From Alphaproteobacteria bacterium (lineage in GTDB: Bacteria > Pseudomonadota > Alphaproteobacteria > RF32 > CAG-239), in contig JAFXPE010000032.1 of assembly GCA_017528205.1 (NCBI GenBank), positions 6,430 through 70,429 of the forward strand: 64,000 bases of DNA, in the 5' to 3' direction. The translations under genes and the position numbers were made by a program. Of the stretch, positions 25,693 to 36,334 are shown in pieces. The notes beneath the pieces are model-generated. The model saw only the letters and a list, made by a program, of their open reading frames with translations, was not told the origin of the DNA and did not search any database. The first letter of the stretch is position 1, and each line of letters opens with the position of its first letter.

Positions 25693-28374
25693 TTAAGCAG
25701 CCTTATTTACCTTGTGTTCCTTTTGGGTTTTGCCGTATTTAACAGCAGCTTGAGCTGCGGCCAAACGAGCAACCGGTACACGGAACGGCGAACAAGAAAC
25801 ATAATCTAATCCGCACTGTTGGAAGAATTCGATAGACTTCGGATCTCCACCGTGTTCACCGCAAACGCCCAAAAGCAATTCCGGATTTGTTTGACGACCG
25901 TATTCGCAAGCGCGACGAACGAGCTTGCCTACGCCTTCGGTATCAATGGAAGCAAACGGATCGGCAACATAAATGCCTTTCGAACGATAGCAATCCAAAA
26001 TAGCGCCGGTATCATCACGGCTCATACCCAAGGTTGTTTGAGTTAAGTCGTTGGTGCCGAAACCGAAGAACGCTGCAGAAGCGGCAATTTCTTCAGCCAT
26101 CAAAGCGGCACGCGGCAATTCAATCATGGTACCTACTTCGTATTCAATAGATTTGCCTTTTTCGGCAAAAATCTTTTGAGCTGTGGTATCAATAATGTTC
26201 TTAACGATATCCAATTCTTTCTTGGAACCGATTAACGGAACTTCGATTTCCGGCGTAACTTTTACGCCTTCTTCGCGGCATTCCATAGCGGCCTCAAGAA
26301 TAGCGCGGGTTTGCATTTCGCAAATTTCCGGATATGTAACGGCCAAACGGCAACCACGGTGACCAAGCATCGGGTTCATTTCGTGCAAAGAATTAGAACG
26401 ATTCTTTACTTCGGCCAAAGTTTTACCCATTTTATCAGCCAATTCCTGCATTTCAGCATCGGTATGCGGCAAAAATTCATGGAGCGGCGGATCCAATAAG
26501 CGGATAACTACCGGATAACCGTTCATGGTGCGATACAATTCTTTGAAGTCTTCCTTTTGATACGGCAACAAACGAGCCAAAGCAGCTCTGCGGCCTTCTT
26601 CATTGTCAGACAAAATCATCATACGCATATCAGAAATACGCTTAGCATCAAAGAACATGTGTTCCGTACGAGCCAAACCGATACCTTCGGCACCAAATTC
26701 AACAGCCTGTCTTGCATCAGCCGGTGTTTCGGCATTAGCGCGAACATGCATGGTGCGAATTTCATCAACCCACTTCATAAAGCGGCCGAAATTGCCGGAG
26801 TTGGTATCAGCCTTAACGGTCGGAATTTTACCTTCGATAATCTGACCTTTAGCACCGTCCAAAGATACCCAGTCGCCTTCTTTAATGCAAGAACCGGACT
26901 TGGTGGTCATGGTTTTTGTGCCATAATCGATTGTAATGTCGGTAGAACCGGAAACGCAAGGAGTACCCATACCTCTGGCCACAACCGCAGCGTGAGAAGT
27001 CATACCGCCGCGAGCGGTAATAACACCTTGAGAAGCGTGCATACCGCCGATATCTTCCGGAGAAGTTTCGTTACGGATTAAGATAACTTTTTCACCTTTG
27101 GCAGCCCAAGCTTCAGCATCTTCAGCGCAGAATACCGCACGGCCCACAGCCGCACCCGGAGAAGCCGGCAAACCGTTAGCAATAACTTTCTTTTCTGCCT
27201 TCGGATCCAACATCGGGTGCAACAATTGATCTAACTGATCGGCACCAACGCGCATAATAGCTTCTTCTTTGGTAATCAAGCCTTCATCGAACATTTCAAC
27301 CGCCATTCTTACGGCAGCGGCAGCTGTTCTCTTGCCGTTACGGCATTGCAACATCCACAATTTACCGTGTTCAATGGTAAATTCCATATCTTGCATGTCT
27401 TTGTAGTGTGCTTCCAAAGCGTTGCGAACATCTACCAATTGCTTATAAAGATTCGGCCACAATTCTTCCAAAGAGTTGCCTTCACCCTTAGAGCTCATCG
27501 GTTGCGGAGTACGAATACCGGCCACAACGTCTTCACCTTGAGCATTTACAAGATATTCACCGTAATATTTGTTTTCACCGGTAGCCGGGTCACGAGAGAA
27601 GCAAACACCGGTAGCCGAATCATTTCCGGCGTTTCCGAACACCATGGTTTGTACGTTACAAGCCGTGCCCCAGTCACCCGGAATGTTGTTTAACTTACGA
27701 TAGGTAATAGCACGAGCCACATTCCAAGAACCGAATACGGCACCGATACCGAGCCATAATTGTTCCCACGGATCTTGTGGAACTACTTTACCCAATTTTT
27801 TACCGATTTCTTTATATTGAGAAACCAATTCCTTCAAATCTTCGGTGGTCAAATCAGTATCCGATTTATAACCCTTAGATTTTTTCATTGCTTCCAAAGC
27901 GCCTTCATATTCATCTAAGTCAGCGCCCAAAACAACATCGGAGAACATTTGAATGAAACGACGATAAGAGTCATAAGCAAATCTTTCGTTGCCCGAAGTT
28001 TGAGCCAAACCTTTAACGCTTTCATCATTCAAACCGAGGTTCAAAACGGTATCCATCATGCCCGGCATGGAAATTCTGGCGCCGGAACGAACCGAGAACA
28101 ACAACGGATTGCTGTTATCGCCGAACTTCTTGCCCATAATTGCTTCAACGCCGGCAACTGCTACTCTAACCTGATCTTTCAAATCAGACGGATAAGTGTT
28201 ATTGTTGGCATAGTAGTATGTACAAACTTCTGTTGTAACCGTAAATCCCGGAGGAACCGGCAAACCAACCTTATTCATTTCTGCCAGGTTGGCACCTTTA
28301 CCGCCGAGGAGGTTACGCATATTGGCATCGCCTTCAGCTTTGCCGTTTCCAAATGTATAAACCCATTTACTCAT
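25693..28374 (-). CDS. ppdK: pyruvate, phosphate dikinase
   Basis: 893 aa. ATP-grasp N-terminus (GGKGANLAEM), phosphohistidine swivel (GGMTSHAAVVARGMG) and a PEP-utilising C-terminus (GSNDLTQ-type: FGTNDLTQTTLG). Confidence 0.95.
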   Translation of the reverse strand: MSKWVYTFGNGKAEGDANMRNLLGGKGANLAEMNKVGLPVPPGFTVTTEVCTYYYANNNTYPSDLKDQVRVAVAGVEAIMGKKFGDNSNPLLFSVRSGARISMPGMMDTVLNLGLNDESVKGLAQTSGNERFAYDSYRRFIQMFSDVVLGADLDEYEGALEAMKKSKGYKSDTDLTTEDLKELVSQYKEIGKKLGKVVPQDPWEQLWLGIGAVFGSWNVARAITYRKLNNIPGDWGTACNVQTMVFGNAGNDSATGVCFSRDPATGENKYYGEYLVNAQGEDVVAGIRTPQPMSSKGEGNSLEELWPNLYKQLVDVRNALEAHYKDMQDMEFTIEHGKLWMLQCRNGKRTAAAAVRMAVEMFDEGLITKEEAIMRVGADQLDQLLHPMLDPKAEKKVIANGLPASPGAAVGRAVFCAEDAEAWAAKGEKVILIRNETSPEDIGGMHASQGVITARGGMTSHAAVVARGMGTPCVSGSTDITIDYGTKTMTTKSGSCIKEGDWVSLDGAKGQIIEGKIPTVKADTNSGNFGRFMKWVDEIRTMHVRANAETPADARQAVEFGAEGIGLARTEHMFFDAKRISDMRMMILSDNEEGRRAALARLLPYQKEDFKELYRTMNGYPVVIRLLDPPLHEFLPHTDAEMQELADKMGKTLAEVKNRSNSLHEMNPMLGHRGCRLAVTYPEICEMQTRAILEAAMECREEGVKVTPEIEVPLIGSKKELDIVKNIIDTTAQKIFAEKGKSIEYEVGTMIELPRAALMAEEIAASAAFFGFGTNDLTQTTLGMSRDDTGAILDCYRSKGIYVADPFASIDTEGVGKLVRRACEYGRQTNPELLLGVCGEHGGDPKSIEFFQQCGLDYVSCSPFRVPVARLAAAQAAVKYGKTQKEHKVNKAA

Positions 28375-28601
28375 AATATGTTTAGCTCCTGTTAGCTGTT
28401 TGTTAAAACAAAGTCTTGGCTTTTACAAGCCGAAACTAAAATCAAATAAATTTGAATTTGCCTCGAATTTATAACACAAAATTTCAATGTTCAAGCAAAA
28501 TCTTCGCTTGGGAAGTAAAAAAATGGTTAATTTTTGCCGATAAGAAAAAACGAACCGAAAAAATCGATTCGTCTTTCATGATAAAATGTTAGGATAACAA
28601 C

Positions 28602-29120
28602 CTAAAGAATTTTTTCTTTTGACAATATATCGTTTAATTTTTTATTGGCATCTTCTATCGAGCAATTGCTGTAAACAGAAACTTCGCTGGCCAAACGATC
28701 TACGGCTTGCTCATAAATTTGGCGCTCGCTGTACGATTGCTCGGCTATATTTTCGTTGCGATACAAATCGCGAATAACCTCGGCAATTGCCACCGGATTT
28801 CCGGAATTAATTTTATTTTCATATTCCTGAGCACGACGTGACCACATAATTTTGCGAACTCTGGCCTTGCCTTTAAGAGTATTAAAAGCCTCTTCCATGG
28901 TTTTTTCATCAGAAATCTTTCTCAAACCGACATTAGAAAGTTTCGCCGTCGGAATCCGCAGCGTCATTTTGTCTTTATCAAAATTAACGACCAACATTTC
29001 TAATTCCGTACCGGCAATGTTTTGTTTGGTAATATCGGATACCTTACCGACACCGTGTGTCGGATAAACAACATATTCGCCGGCGTTAAACGTCAATGAT
29101 GGTAATTTCTTAATACTCAT
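28602..29120 (-). CDS. carD: CarD/CdnL-family RNA polymerase-binding transcription factor
   Basis: 172 aa. FNAGEYVVYPTHGVGKV...LVVNF......LRIP Tudor-like N-terminus and a helical C-terminal domain (MWSRRAQEY). Confidence 0.88.
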   Translation of the reverse strand: MSIKKLPSLTFNAGEYVVYPTHGVGKVSDITKQNIAGTELEMLVVNFDKDKMTLRIPTAKLSNVGLRKISDEKTMEEAFNTLKGKARVRKIMWSRRAQEYENKINSGNPVAIAEVIRDLYRNENIAEQSYSERQIYEQAVDRLASEVSVYSNCSIEDANKKLNDILSKEKIL

Positions 29121-29220
29121 AATTGCTCCTAAAATAAAAATTGTTAAGTGTGAAACAAAGTTGAATATATCACATTTTTAGACTTAAATCCAGTAAAAAA
29201 TACACAAATTTTGAAAAAAA

Positions 29221-30333
29221 TTATCGACCGTTTTTTTGTAACGCTTTGGCCATATATTGCATGGCAACCGCATATTCCGAGTAAATTTCCATGGTTTTAT
29301 CGTCGGCAATAATGCCGGTACGGTTTACAACTTCTTCAATAAACTGTTTTTCCAACGCATAATTAATTTTTTCCTGCGGATGCAAAATATAACATTCCTT
29401 CAATCCGTTTATATAATCCAAGCGCGGATTTAAAATATCTTCCATCAGCGGAAATTGCGAATAATCTCCGTGAGACATTGCTATATGATTGGTTTCGTGC
29501 CATGCCACGGACAAAACTTGTGCTCCGCTTAATTTTTTGAAAGATTCATTATTTACAAACACGGTTTTTTCCGAGGCAAACCCCTCCACATTCATCTCTT
29601 CGTCATCAGAAGCATTTTTAATATAATTTTTTATTTCTTCTTCGCCCAAATACTGAATACTCGGCGTTTTTATGCCGTTATATTTGGCGGTTATTTTACA
29701 AATTCTGGCAAAAAGCTTTTTTTGTTCTTTATCTTCAAGGCTTTGAAAATTCTCCAGCCTTTTCTTTATATTGCGCATTCGAGCAATTTCGGCGGCAATA
29801 AGACGAACTTTTCGCTGTTCTCTTTCCCAAAATTCGGGAGAAATCGGAAATTGCAGCAAAGCGTTTATTTTTTCTGCCTTTCTTTCAAGTGCGTGTTCGT
29901 GCTTTTGTTTGTGGCGCAAAGAAAAATAACAATCTTTATCTATCGACATCAAAATATCCAATTTTTTTCTCGGACTTAATTGCGACAGCTGTTGCGGTGT
30001 CGATAAACGCAAAATATGTTCATATATTTTCCGATTCGCCGGATCATAATAACAACGTCCGGTCGGGTCGTTGTATATAATATCCGAATTATAATCCATT
30101 GCCGTTTTGCAAAAATCGGCAATTGTCAAATCTTTAACTTCCAAATATGCATAATCCTTGCCATCTTTATAAGCCTGCACCTCATGATCGGCAAAAATTT
30201 TCTTAATCTCGGCCAAATGATGTTTTCTGAACAATTTAAACACCACTTTTTCATGGTAACAATCTTCAAATTTTTCGCATTGATTGTCAATGGTAGTGTT
30301 TCTGGTCAGCCATATGTATTCTTTTTCGTTCAT
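29221..30333 (-). CDS. hypothetical protein with a C-terminal HExxH motif
   Basis: The track ORF starts at GTG 30339. ATG 30333 is preceded by GAGGTGAGG. 370 aa, no signal peptide. VAWHETNHIAMSHGD lies near aa 285. No family recognised. Confidence 0.6.
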   Translation of the reverse strand: MNEKEYIWLTRNTTIDNQCEKFEDCYHEKVVFKLFRKHHLAEIKKIFADHEVQAYKDGKDYAYLEVKDLTIADFCKTAMDYNSDIIYNDPTGRCYYDPANRKIYEHILRLSTPQQLSQLSPRKKLDILMSIDKDCYFSLRHKQKHEHALERKAEKINALLQFPISPEFWEREQRKVRLIAAEIARMRNIKKRLENFQSLEDKEQKKLFARICKITAKYNGIKTPSIQYLGEEEIKNYIKNASDDEEMNVEGFASEKTVFVNNESFKKLSGAQVLSVAWHETNHIAMSHGDYSQFPLMEDILNPRLDYINGLKECYILHPQEKINYALEKQFIEEVVNRTGIIADDKTMEIYSEYAVAMQYMAKALQKNGR

Positions 30334-30398
30334 CCTCACCTCATGAACGAATATAACACTTTTATTTTATTTTGTCTAATATTTTTTTATAACAATTG

Positions 30399-30875
30399 CT
30401 ATTTACTTATTGTAGGAAAACCACCGGTTTGGCGCAATCCTTCGGTTATGGCCATAGCCGCCGATACCGCCATATTTATCGAGCGAGCCTGCGGATTCAT
30501 CGGAATAAGCAACTGCGCATCGGCCAGTTCATGCACATTTTCGGGAACTCCGGCGCTTTCACGCCCCATCAAGATAATGTCGTTAGGCTTAAATTCAAAG
30601 TCTAAAAAAGATTGTTTTCCGTGTGTGGTCAATAAAACTATTCGGCCGTATTCCTGAGGATTCGCATCTCTGAATTTTAAAAAATCCTCCCACGAATTAT
30701 GCCGTCTGTAATCGGAAAATTCTAAATAATCCATGCCGGCGCGACGCATTGCCTTTTCATTAAACAAAAAACCGCACGGCTCAATTATATCTATCGGCAA
30801 ATTTAAGCACGCTCCCAAACGTAGGAGCGTGCCCGTATTTTGCGGTATATCCGGTTGATATAAAGCTAAACGCAT
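30399..30875 (-). CDS. trmL: tRNA (cytidine/uridine-2'-O-)-methyltransferase TrmL (SpoU/TrmH family)
   Basis: The real protein starts MRLALYQPDIPQNTGTLLRLGA (ATG 30875) and has a C-terminal knot region (LIPMNPQARSINMAVSAAM). The 63-codon upstream extension in track ORF 30399..31064 overlaps secB and is discarded. Confidence 0.85.
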   Translation of the reverse strand: MRLALYQPDIPQNTGTLLRLGACLNLPIDIIEPCGFLFNEKAMRRAGMDYLEFSDYRRHNSWEDFLKFRDANPQEYGRIVLLTTHGKQSFLDFEFKPNDIILMGRESAGVPENVHELADAQLLIPMNPQARSINMAVSAAMAITEGLRQTGGFPTISK

Positions 30876-30888
30876 TACCGAATATTCC

Positions 30889-31362
30889 TTATTTTTCTTC
30901 TTTCTTTTCTTCTTTTGCTTTTCTTGCGCTGTATAAAGCGGCAAAGTCAATCGGGCTGATAAGCAGCGGCGGCAAACCGGCCGACGACAGATTGTTGGCA
31001 ATAATGCTGCGAACAAACGGGAAAAGCATACGCGGCAATTCAATATACAATACCGGTTCAACATGCTCTTCCGGAATTCTCACGGTTGCCGCACAAGCAT
31101 AAGTCAATTCCAGAATAAACAACTTTTTAGCGTTAATATCGGCGTCCATTTTAGCGGTTAAAGCCACTTCATAAACGTCTTTATCGAGTGTTCTGGTTTT
31201 GATGCTGATGTCAATATTAACATTCGGGTTTTTGCTTTGGCCCAATTCAGCGAAAACTTCCGGTGCCAAAGGCAATTCCAAAGACAAATCTTTAATATAT
31301 TGGCTGTGAATCATCACGCCTTCCGGTTGTTCAACATCAATTTTGTTTTCATTTTCTGCCAT
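30889..31362 (-). CDS. secB: protein-export chaperone SecB
   Basis: 157 aa. IHSQYIKDLSLE....P, LFPFVRSIIANNLSSAGLPPLLISPIDF and an acidic/Lys tail. Confidence 0.9.
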   Translation of the reverse strand: MAENENKIDVEQPEGVMIHSQYIKDLSLELPLAPEVFAELGQSKNPNVNIDISIKTRTLDKDVYEVALTAKMDADINAKKLFILELTYACAATVRIPEEHVEPVLYIELPRMLFPFVRSIIANNLSSAGLPPLLISPIDFAALYSARKAKEEKKEEK

Positions 31363-31493
31363 TTTTTTCTCCTTTTTTTGATTTTTTTATAGAAATAATA
31401 CTAAAAAACGAATACGTCAAATATTTTATATTGATAAAATTTTTATTTGTTATTATATTTAACTCAAATATACGAAACTGAGGAATTTTTGAA

Positions 31494-32159
31494 ATGGTAT
31501 CTTTTGTTGATATAATTTTTTTAGCTATTTTGGCTGTTTTTGTAATATCCAGACTGTACGGTGCTTTCGGTTCACAGCCGGAAAAAAAGGTAAAAGTCAT
31601 CATAAAACAGGTAGATAAAGACACCGAAGCTAAAATTGTGGAAGATTTAACCCAAATTATTCGCGAAAGCAATAAAGAAAACGATATCGACAATATCGCA
31701 GATTTTGAAAATTTATCCGAACAAGATAAAATATTGCATAAAATGAACGGTTTTAACAAAGAAAACTTTTTACACAGCGCTTGTCGTGTATTTGAAATGG
31801 TTTTGCAAGCCTTTAATTCCGGCAATATCGAAAATATAAAAGGTTTGGTCAGCAAAAAAATTTGGAACACCTTTAATCAGGTTTTGAATTTCCGAAAAGA
31901 AAACAATATAACTTCGGAAGTTGATTTTATTTGCTTCAAAAAAAGCGAAATAAAAGATGTTAAACTCTTAAAAAACAGCGTTAAAATAACCGTAGAATTT
32001 GAAAGCGAGCAAATTAACCTCTTAAAAGATGCCGCCGGACACATCATCGAGGGTGATGAAAATTTTGTGCAAAAAATTACGGATGTGTGGACTTTTGAAA
32101 GATTATTCAATGCAAAAAACAAAAATTGGACTTTGGTATCAACCAAAAAAGGCGCTTAG
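31494..32159 (+). CDS. Tim44-like domain protein (alphaproteobacterial membrane-anchored)
   Basis: 221 aa. N-terminal TM (IIFLAILAVFVISRLY). The C-terminal domain ends ...DVWTFERLFNAKNKNWTLVST. It lies divergent from secB, as in many alphaproteobacteria. Confidence 0.8.
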   Translation: MVSFVDIIFLAILAVFVISRLYGAFGSQPEKKVKVIIKQVDKDTEAKIVEDLTQIIRESNKENDIDNIADFENLSEQDKILHKMNGFNKENFLHSACRVFEMVLQAFNSGNIENIKGLVSKKIWNTFNQVLNFRKENNITSEVDFICFKKSEIKDVKLLKNSVKITVEFESEQINLLKDAAGHIIEGDENFVQKITDVWTFERLFNAKNKNWTLVSTKKGA

Positions 32160-33309
32160 CACCGTTTTATGTTTATTGTTAACTTCTTTAAGCGGATGTC
32201 ATAAAGATATACCTTCCGCCTCCGTTTCGGGTAATATTGAACTTAAAGCTGTTAATTTTGAAGAACTTTCCGGCTGGCAAAACGAAAATTTTGCCGAAGT
32301 TATTCCCGTTTTTGCAAAAAATTGCGTGCAAATTCAAAAAAATAAAAACACTTATATCAAATCGGATTCTCTAAATATAAAAACTGCAGATTTACAGGAA
32401 GTATGCCGCAAATTTTCTGCTTCTGACATTAAAACCGGAGCCGAATTTAAAAAATTTATGGAAAGCGAATTTAAACCTTATGCCGTTACCGACAACGGTA
32501 AAGCTGAGGGAAAATTCACTTCTTATTATGAAGCGGTTATCAATGCATCTTATAAAAAAAGCGCCAAATATAAATACCCGATTTACGGCAAACCAAATGA
32601 TTTAATTGAGTTAAATTTACACGATTTTGATAAAGATTTACCTAACACCCGCTTGGTCGGACGCGTAGAAAACAACAAGTTTGTTCCTTATTACAACCGT
32701 CGCGACATTGAAAACAACGGTATTTCCGCACCGGTTATTATGTGGGGCGATGACTTAGTCGACATTCATTTTATGCAAATTCAAGGCTCGGCCGTAGCAA
32801 ATATGGATGACGGAACTCAGGTCAGAATAGGTTATGCCGACAACAACGGCCATAAATTCAAGGGAATCGGCAGTATTTTAATATCTAAAGGACTTATCAA
32901 ACCTGAAGATTCTTCTATGCCGAAAATTCGTGAATGGCTCCGTAAAAATCCGGAAAAAGCGCAGGATTTAATGGCTGAAAACGAAAGATTTATTTTTCAA
33001 AAAATTAACAATTCCGACGGTCCGGTCGGCGCTTACGGAATATCTTTAACCGCCGGTCGCAGTTTGGCCGTAGACACGCGTTATATTCCGCTCGGCACAA
33101 TGCTGTGGCTTGATACAATCAGTCCGGATAAAAGAGGTATTCATAAAATTGTTTTTGCTCAAGATATCGGCAGTGCCATAAAGGGCGTGGTTCGCGGCGA
33201 TTACTTTTGGGGATACGGCGAAGAAGCTCTAAAATATGCCGGAAGTATGAATTCCGCCGGAAAATATTATCTTTTGGTTCCTAAAGAAACCGTAATAAAG
33301 GTAGATTAA
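32110..33309 (+). CDS. mltA: membrane-bound lytic murein transglycosylase A (lipoprotein)
   Basis: I chose ATG 32110 because it gives MQKTKIGLWYQPKKALSTVLCLLLTSLSGC with a lipobox LSGC. MltA and 3D domain signatures are present (DIHFMQIQGS, GHKFKGIG, AVDTRYIPLGTMLWLD, AQDIGSAIKG). The 50-nt overlap with the Tim44-like gene leaves the start uncertain. Confidence 0.85.
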   Translation: MQKTKIGLWYQPKKALSTVLCLLLTSLSGCHKDIPSASVSGNIELKAVNFEELSGWQNENFAEVIPVFAKNCVQIQKNKNTYIKSDSLNIKTADLQEVCRKFSASDIKTGAEFKKFMESEFKPYAVTDNGKAEGKFTSYYEAVINASYKKSAKYKYPIYGKPNDLIELNLHDFDKDLPNTRLVGRVENNKFVPYYNRRDIENNGISAPVIMWGDDLVDIHFMQIQGSAVANMDDGTQVRIGYADNNGHKFKGIGSILISKGLIKPEDSSMPKIREWLRKNPEKAQDLMAENERFIFQKINNSDGPVGAYGISLTAGRSLAVDTRYIPLGTMLWLDTISPDKRGIHKIVFAQDIGSAIKGVVRGDYFWGYGEEALKYAGSMNSAGKYYLLVPKETVIKVD

Positions 33310-33310
33310 A

Positions 33311-33859
33311 ATGTTTCCCGATGAAGAAGACGAGTTATTTTGGCAGGAAGTAACCAAAGATATAGATAAATTTCCGCAAACCAACCTTATCGAAAATAAT
33401 AAAGAATTACCTCCGTTAGAAATAAAAGAACACCGACAATACGCCGTAAAGCAAGACTTTACGACTTATTCCAAAAATTTGGAAGATATGGAAAACGGCG
33501 GTATCGATAAATCCACACTTAATAAATTCAAAAAAGAAGAATTTAAAATTGAGGCCGTGCTTGACTTGCACGGTTATAAAGAAGACGATGCTTTTGAAAA
33601 AGTGGAAGATTTTATTACTCGTTGCTATAATAAAGGCAAGCGTTGCGTCATAATTGTCACCGGCAAAGGACATCTGCACCAAAATGAAGATATTTATACT
33701 CCGACCGGAATTTTAAAAAGACAAACTCCGCAATGGCTTAATATGCCGCGTATTCGTTCGATGATTTTAGTGTTTAAAAATCCATCAGAACGCCTTGGCG
33801 GCAAAGGCGCCTTGTATATTCTATTAAAACGCAATAAAAATTTATTAGATAAAATATAG
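33311..33859 (+). CDS. smr: Smr (MutS2-C-like) domain protein
   Basis: 182 aa. LDLHGYKEDDAFEKVEDFI...GKRCVIIVTGKG is the Smr nuclease core. It follows mltA by 1 nt. Confidence 0.85.
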   Translation: MFPDEEDELFWQEVTKDIDKFPQTNLIENNKELPPLEIKEHRQYAVKQDFTTYSKNLEDMENGGIDKSTLNKFKKEEFKIEAVLDLHGYKEDDAFEKVEDFITRCYNKGKRCVIIVTGKGHLHQNEDIYTPTGILKRQTPQWLNMPRIRSMILVFKNPSERLGGKGALYILLKRNKNLLDKI

Positions 33860-33974
33860 AATAAGGTAAATACGCCGGAACACTTTTCCGCCGTGCAATA
33901 AACTTCTAAAAATTATTTCTATTAGCTTAATATTTCCATCCTACTAAAAAATTCATTTAATGTGTATAATAGAA

Positions 33975-34025
33975 AAAGTTTTTTTCCCGTAGTGTACAAC
34001 AGTAGTACATGAGGGAAAAAACTTT
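33975..34025. terminator. long AT-rich hairpin between convergent smr and rho (probable bidirectional terminator)
   Basis: AAAGTTTTTTTCCC (33975-33988) pairs with GGGAAAAAACTTT (34013-34025) with one bulge and a 24-nt loop. Confidence 0.45.
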
Positions 34026-34051
34026 GATTAGAATACCATTAAATGAATTTT

Positions 34052-35305
34052 TTACGAGTTCATATTTTGGAAAAAGTCATTATTATCTTTCGAATTTCTG
34101 AGCTTATCCAATAAAAACTCCATACCGTCGGTCATACCCATTTGCATCAGCACGCGACGTAAAACCCACATTTTGGTAAGTGTAGCTTTATCCACCAGTA
34201 ATTCCTCTTTACGCGTGCCGGAACGTGTTATATCAATTGTCGGGAATAAGCGTTTATCGGTTAATTTTCTATCCAATATAATTTCCGAATTACCGGTACC
34301 TTTAAATTCTTCAAAAATAACTTCATCCATGCGTGAACCGGTATCAATGAGAGCTGTGGCAATAATAGTTAAAGAACCACCCTCCTCAACATTACGCGCC
34401 GCACCCAATAAACGCTTCGGACGTTGCAGGGCATTAGCATCAACACCGCCGGTCAAAACCTTACCGGAAGATGGTACAACCGCATTATAAGCACGACCTA
34501 AACGAGTTATGGAATCTAAAAGAATAACCACATCTTTTTTGGTTTCAACCAAGCGCTTGGCTTTTTCAATACACATTTCCGCCACTTGAACGTGTCTGGT
34601 GGCAGGCTCATCAAAAGTAGAAGAAATAACTTCACCTTTTACCGAGCGTGTCATATCCGTAACTTCTTCCGGACGTTCATCAATCAAAAGCACCATTAAA
34701 TATACTTCCGGATGATTTTCGGCAATTGCATGTGCAATATTTTGCAACATAACCGTTTTTCCGGTACGCGGCGGAGCCACAATCAGTCCGCGCTGACCTT
34801 TACCTTGCGGAGAAATCAAATCAATAACTCTGGTAGTATAATCTTTATCGCCGCAAATAATATCAAAATTAAGCTTCTCAGTCGGATAAAGCGGCGTCAG
34901 GTTATCAAAATTAACCCGCATTTTAGACTTTTCCGGATCATCAAAATTTATGGTATTAATTTTGGTTAAAGCAAAATAACGTTCATTTTCTTTTGGGGCA
35001 CGAATTTCACCTTCTACCGAATCACCGGTGCGCAATGCAAACTTTTTAACTTGTTGCGGCGAAACATAAATATCATCGGCACTGGCTAAAAAATTAGATT
35101 TTGCCGAGCGCAAAAAGCCAAAACCGTCTTGCATAACTTCAATAACGCCGTCACCGCATATAACAGTGTCATCTTCGGCCAGTTTTTTCATAATGGCAAA
35201 AACCAAATCTTGAACGCGCATAGAAGATGCGTCTTCAATCCCCATATCTTCAGCTTGAGTCAAAAGCTCAGTCGGAGACTTATCTTTCAATTCTCTTAAA
35301 TGCAT
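34052..35305 (-). CDS. rho: transcription termination factor Rho
   Basis: 417 aa. N-terminal [14 protein letters not shown], the RNA-binding OB domain (GFGFLR), Walker A PPRTGKT, and the Q- and R-loop regions. Confidence 0.96.
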   Translation of the reverse strand: MHLRELKDKSPTELLTQAEDMGIEDASSMRVQDLVFAIMKKLAEDDTVICGDGVIEVMQDGFGFLRSAKSNFLASADDIYVSPQQVKKFALRTGDSVEGEIRAPKENERYFALTKINTINFDDPEKSKMRVNFDNLTPLYPTEKLNFDIICGDKDYTTRVIDLISPQGKGQRGLIVAPPRTGKTVMLQNIAHAIAENHPEVYLMVLLIDERPEEVTDMTRSVKGEVISSTFDEPATRHVQVAEMCIEKAKRLVETKKDVVILLDSITRLGRAYNAVVPSSGKVLTGGVDANALQRPKRLLGAARNVEEGGSLTIIATALIDTGSRMDEVIFEEFKGTGNSEIILDRKLTDKRLFPTIDITRSGTRKEELLVDKATLTKMWVLRRVLMQMGMTDGMEFLLDKLRNSKDNNDFFQNMNS

Positions 35306-35737
35306 GATAACCTTTTTATGATTGTTAAATTAAAGAAACGAACTTTATTTTCGTTGCCATCCTTATATTAAATAAAAAGAACAAAGTCAATCTTTTTTGC
35401 ACAAAAAAATCACTTTATAAAATATTTAAAAATAGATTATTATTGTTATATACCCTTGTGCTTATTGTTAATAAAAAATGAGTACATCTTTTAATCAACA
35501 ACCGACTGTTAAAAGTTAATAATAATTTGATTGATATTCAATATATTAAAAAATAGTTAATTTTTTTATTATCACAATTAACAGCCTGTGCAAAATTTTA
35601 CTAACATGTTAATAACTGAGTCTAATATTTTTACAATGAGTACATATTTTGTTAAAAAACTAAATAAGCTTTGTTTTATACACATTTCAATACAAACTTG
35701 TGTATAAAAATCATAACTTTTTGTTTTAGGATAAAAA

Positions 35738-36334
35738 ATGATAACAGTAGGTATAACCGGTTCTATCGGCTGCGGAAAAACATATTTGGCAAACATTATT
35801 CGCAGTTTGGGTTATGGGGTTTATAATCCCGATAAATGGGTGGCCGGTTTATATAAAAAACCGCAATTTTTAAATATAATAGCAAAAAATTTTCCAACCT
35901 CTTTTGAGAACGGTGTTTTTAATAAAAGAAGCCTCCGAAATATAGTTTTTAACGATAAACAACAGCTTAACAAATTGGAAAATTTAATTCATCCGTTTTT
36001 AAAACAAAAAATAAAATCAATTATCCATAAGTTCAGCAGTAAATCAGATATAATATTTTTTGATGCCGCTTTATTATTGGAAAAAAATTGGAATATTTAT
36101 TGCGATTATATAATTGTTGCTGATATAGATGAAGAAACGCAAAAACAAAGAGTTATGAAAAGAGATAATGTAACTGCCGCCGATTTTTACAAAATTATAA
36201 AAGTGCAAATTCCTCAATCGGAAAAATGCGAGCACGCTGATTTTATAATAAATACCGGTTTAGCGGAAAATGTAATTAAAACGGAAATAATAAGAATAAT
36301 TGATTGGATATTAAATGAGAGAAATATGCTTTGA
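35738..36334 (+). CDS. coaE: dephospho-CoA kinase
   Basis: 198 aa, P-loop GITGSIGCGKT. It is followed by dnaQ, the conserved alphaproteobacterial order. Confidence 0.88.
   Translation: MITVGITGSIGCGKTYLANIIRSLGYGVYNPDKWVAGLYKKPQFLNIIAKNFPTSFENGVFNKRSLRNIVFNDKQQLNKLENLIHPFLKQKIKSIIHKFSSKSDIIFFDAALLLEKNWNIYCDYIIVADIDEETQKQRVMKRDNVTAADFYKIIKVQIPQSEKCEHADFIINTGLAENVIKTEIIRIIDWILNERNML

Noticed and set aside
30876-31064. 63-codon N-terminal extension of the trmL ORF.
   Set aside because: It overlaps the 3' end of secB. The extension translates the Lys-rich secB tail out of frame. The conserved TrmL N-terminus MRLALYQP starts at 30875.
31349-31870. 173-aa minus-strand ORF opposite the Tim44-like gene.
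   Set aside because: It overlaps the secB start and the well-supported Tim44-like CDS. Its sequence is low-complexity and it has no RBS.
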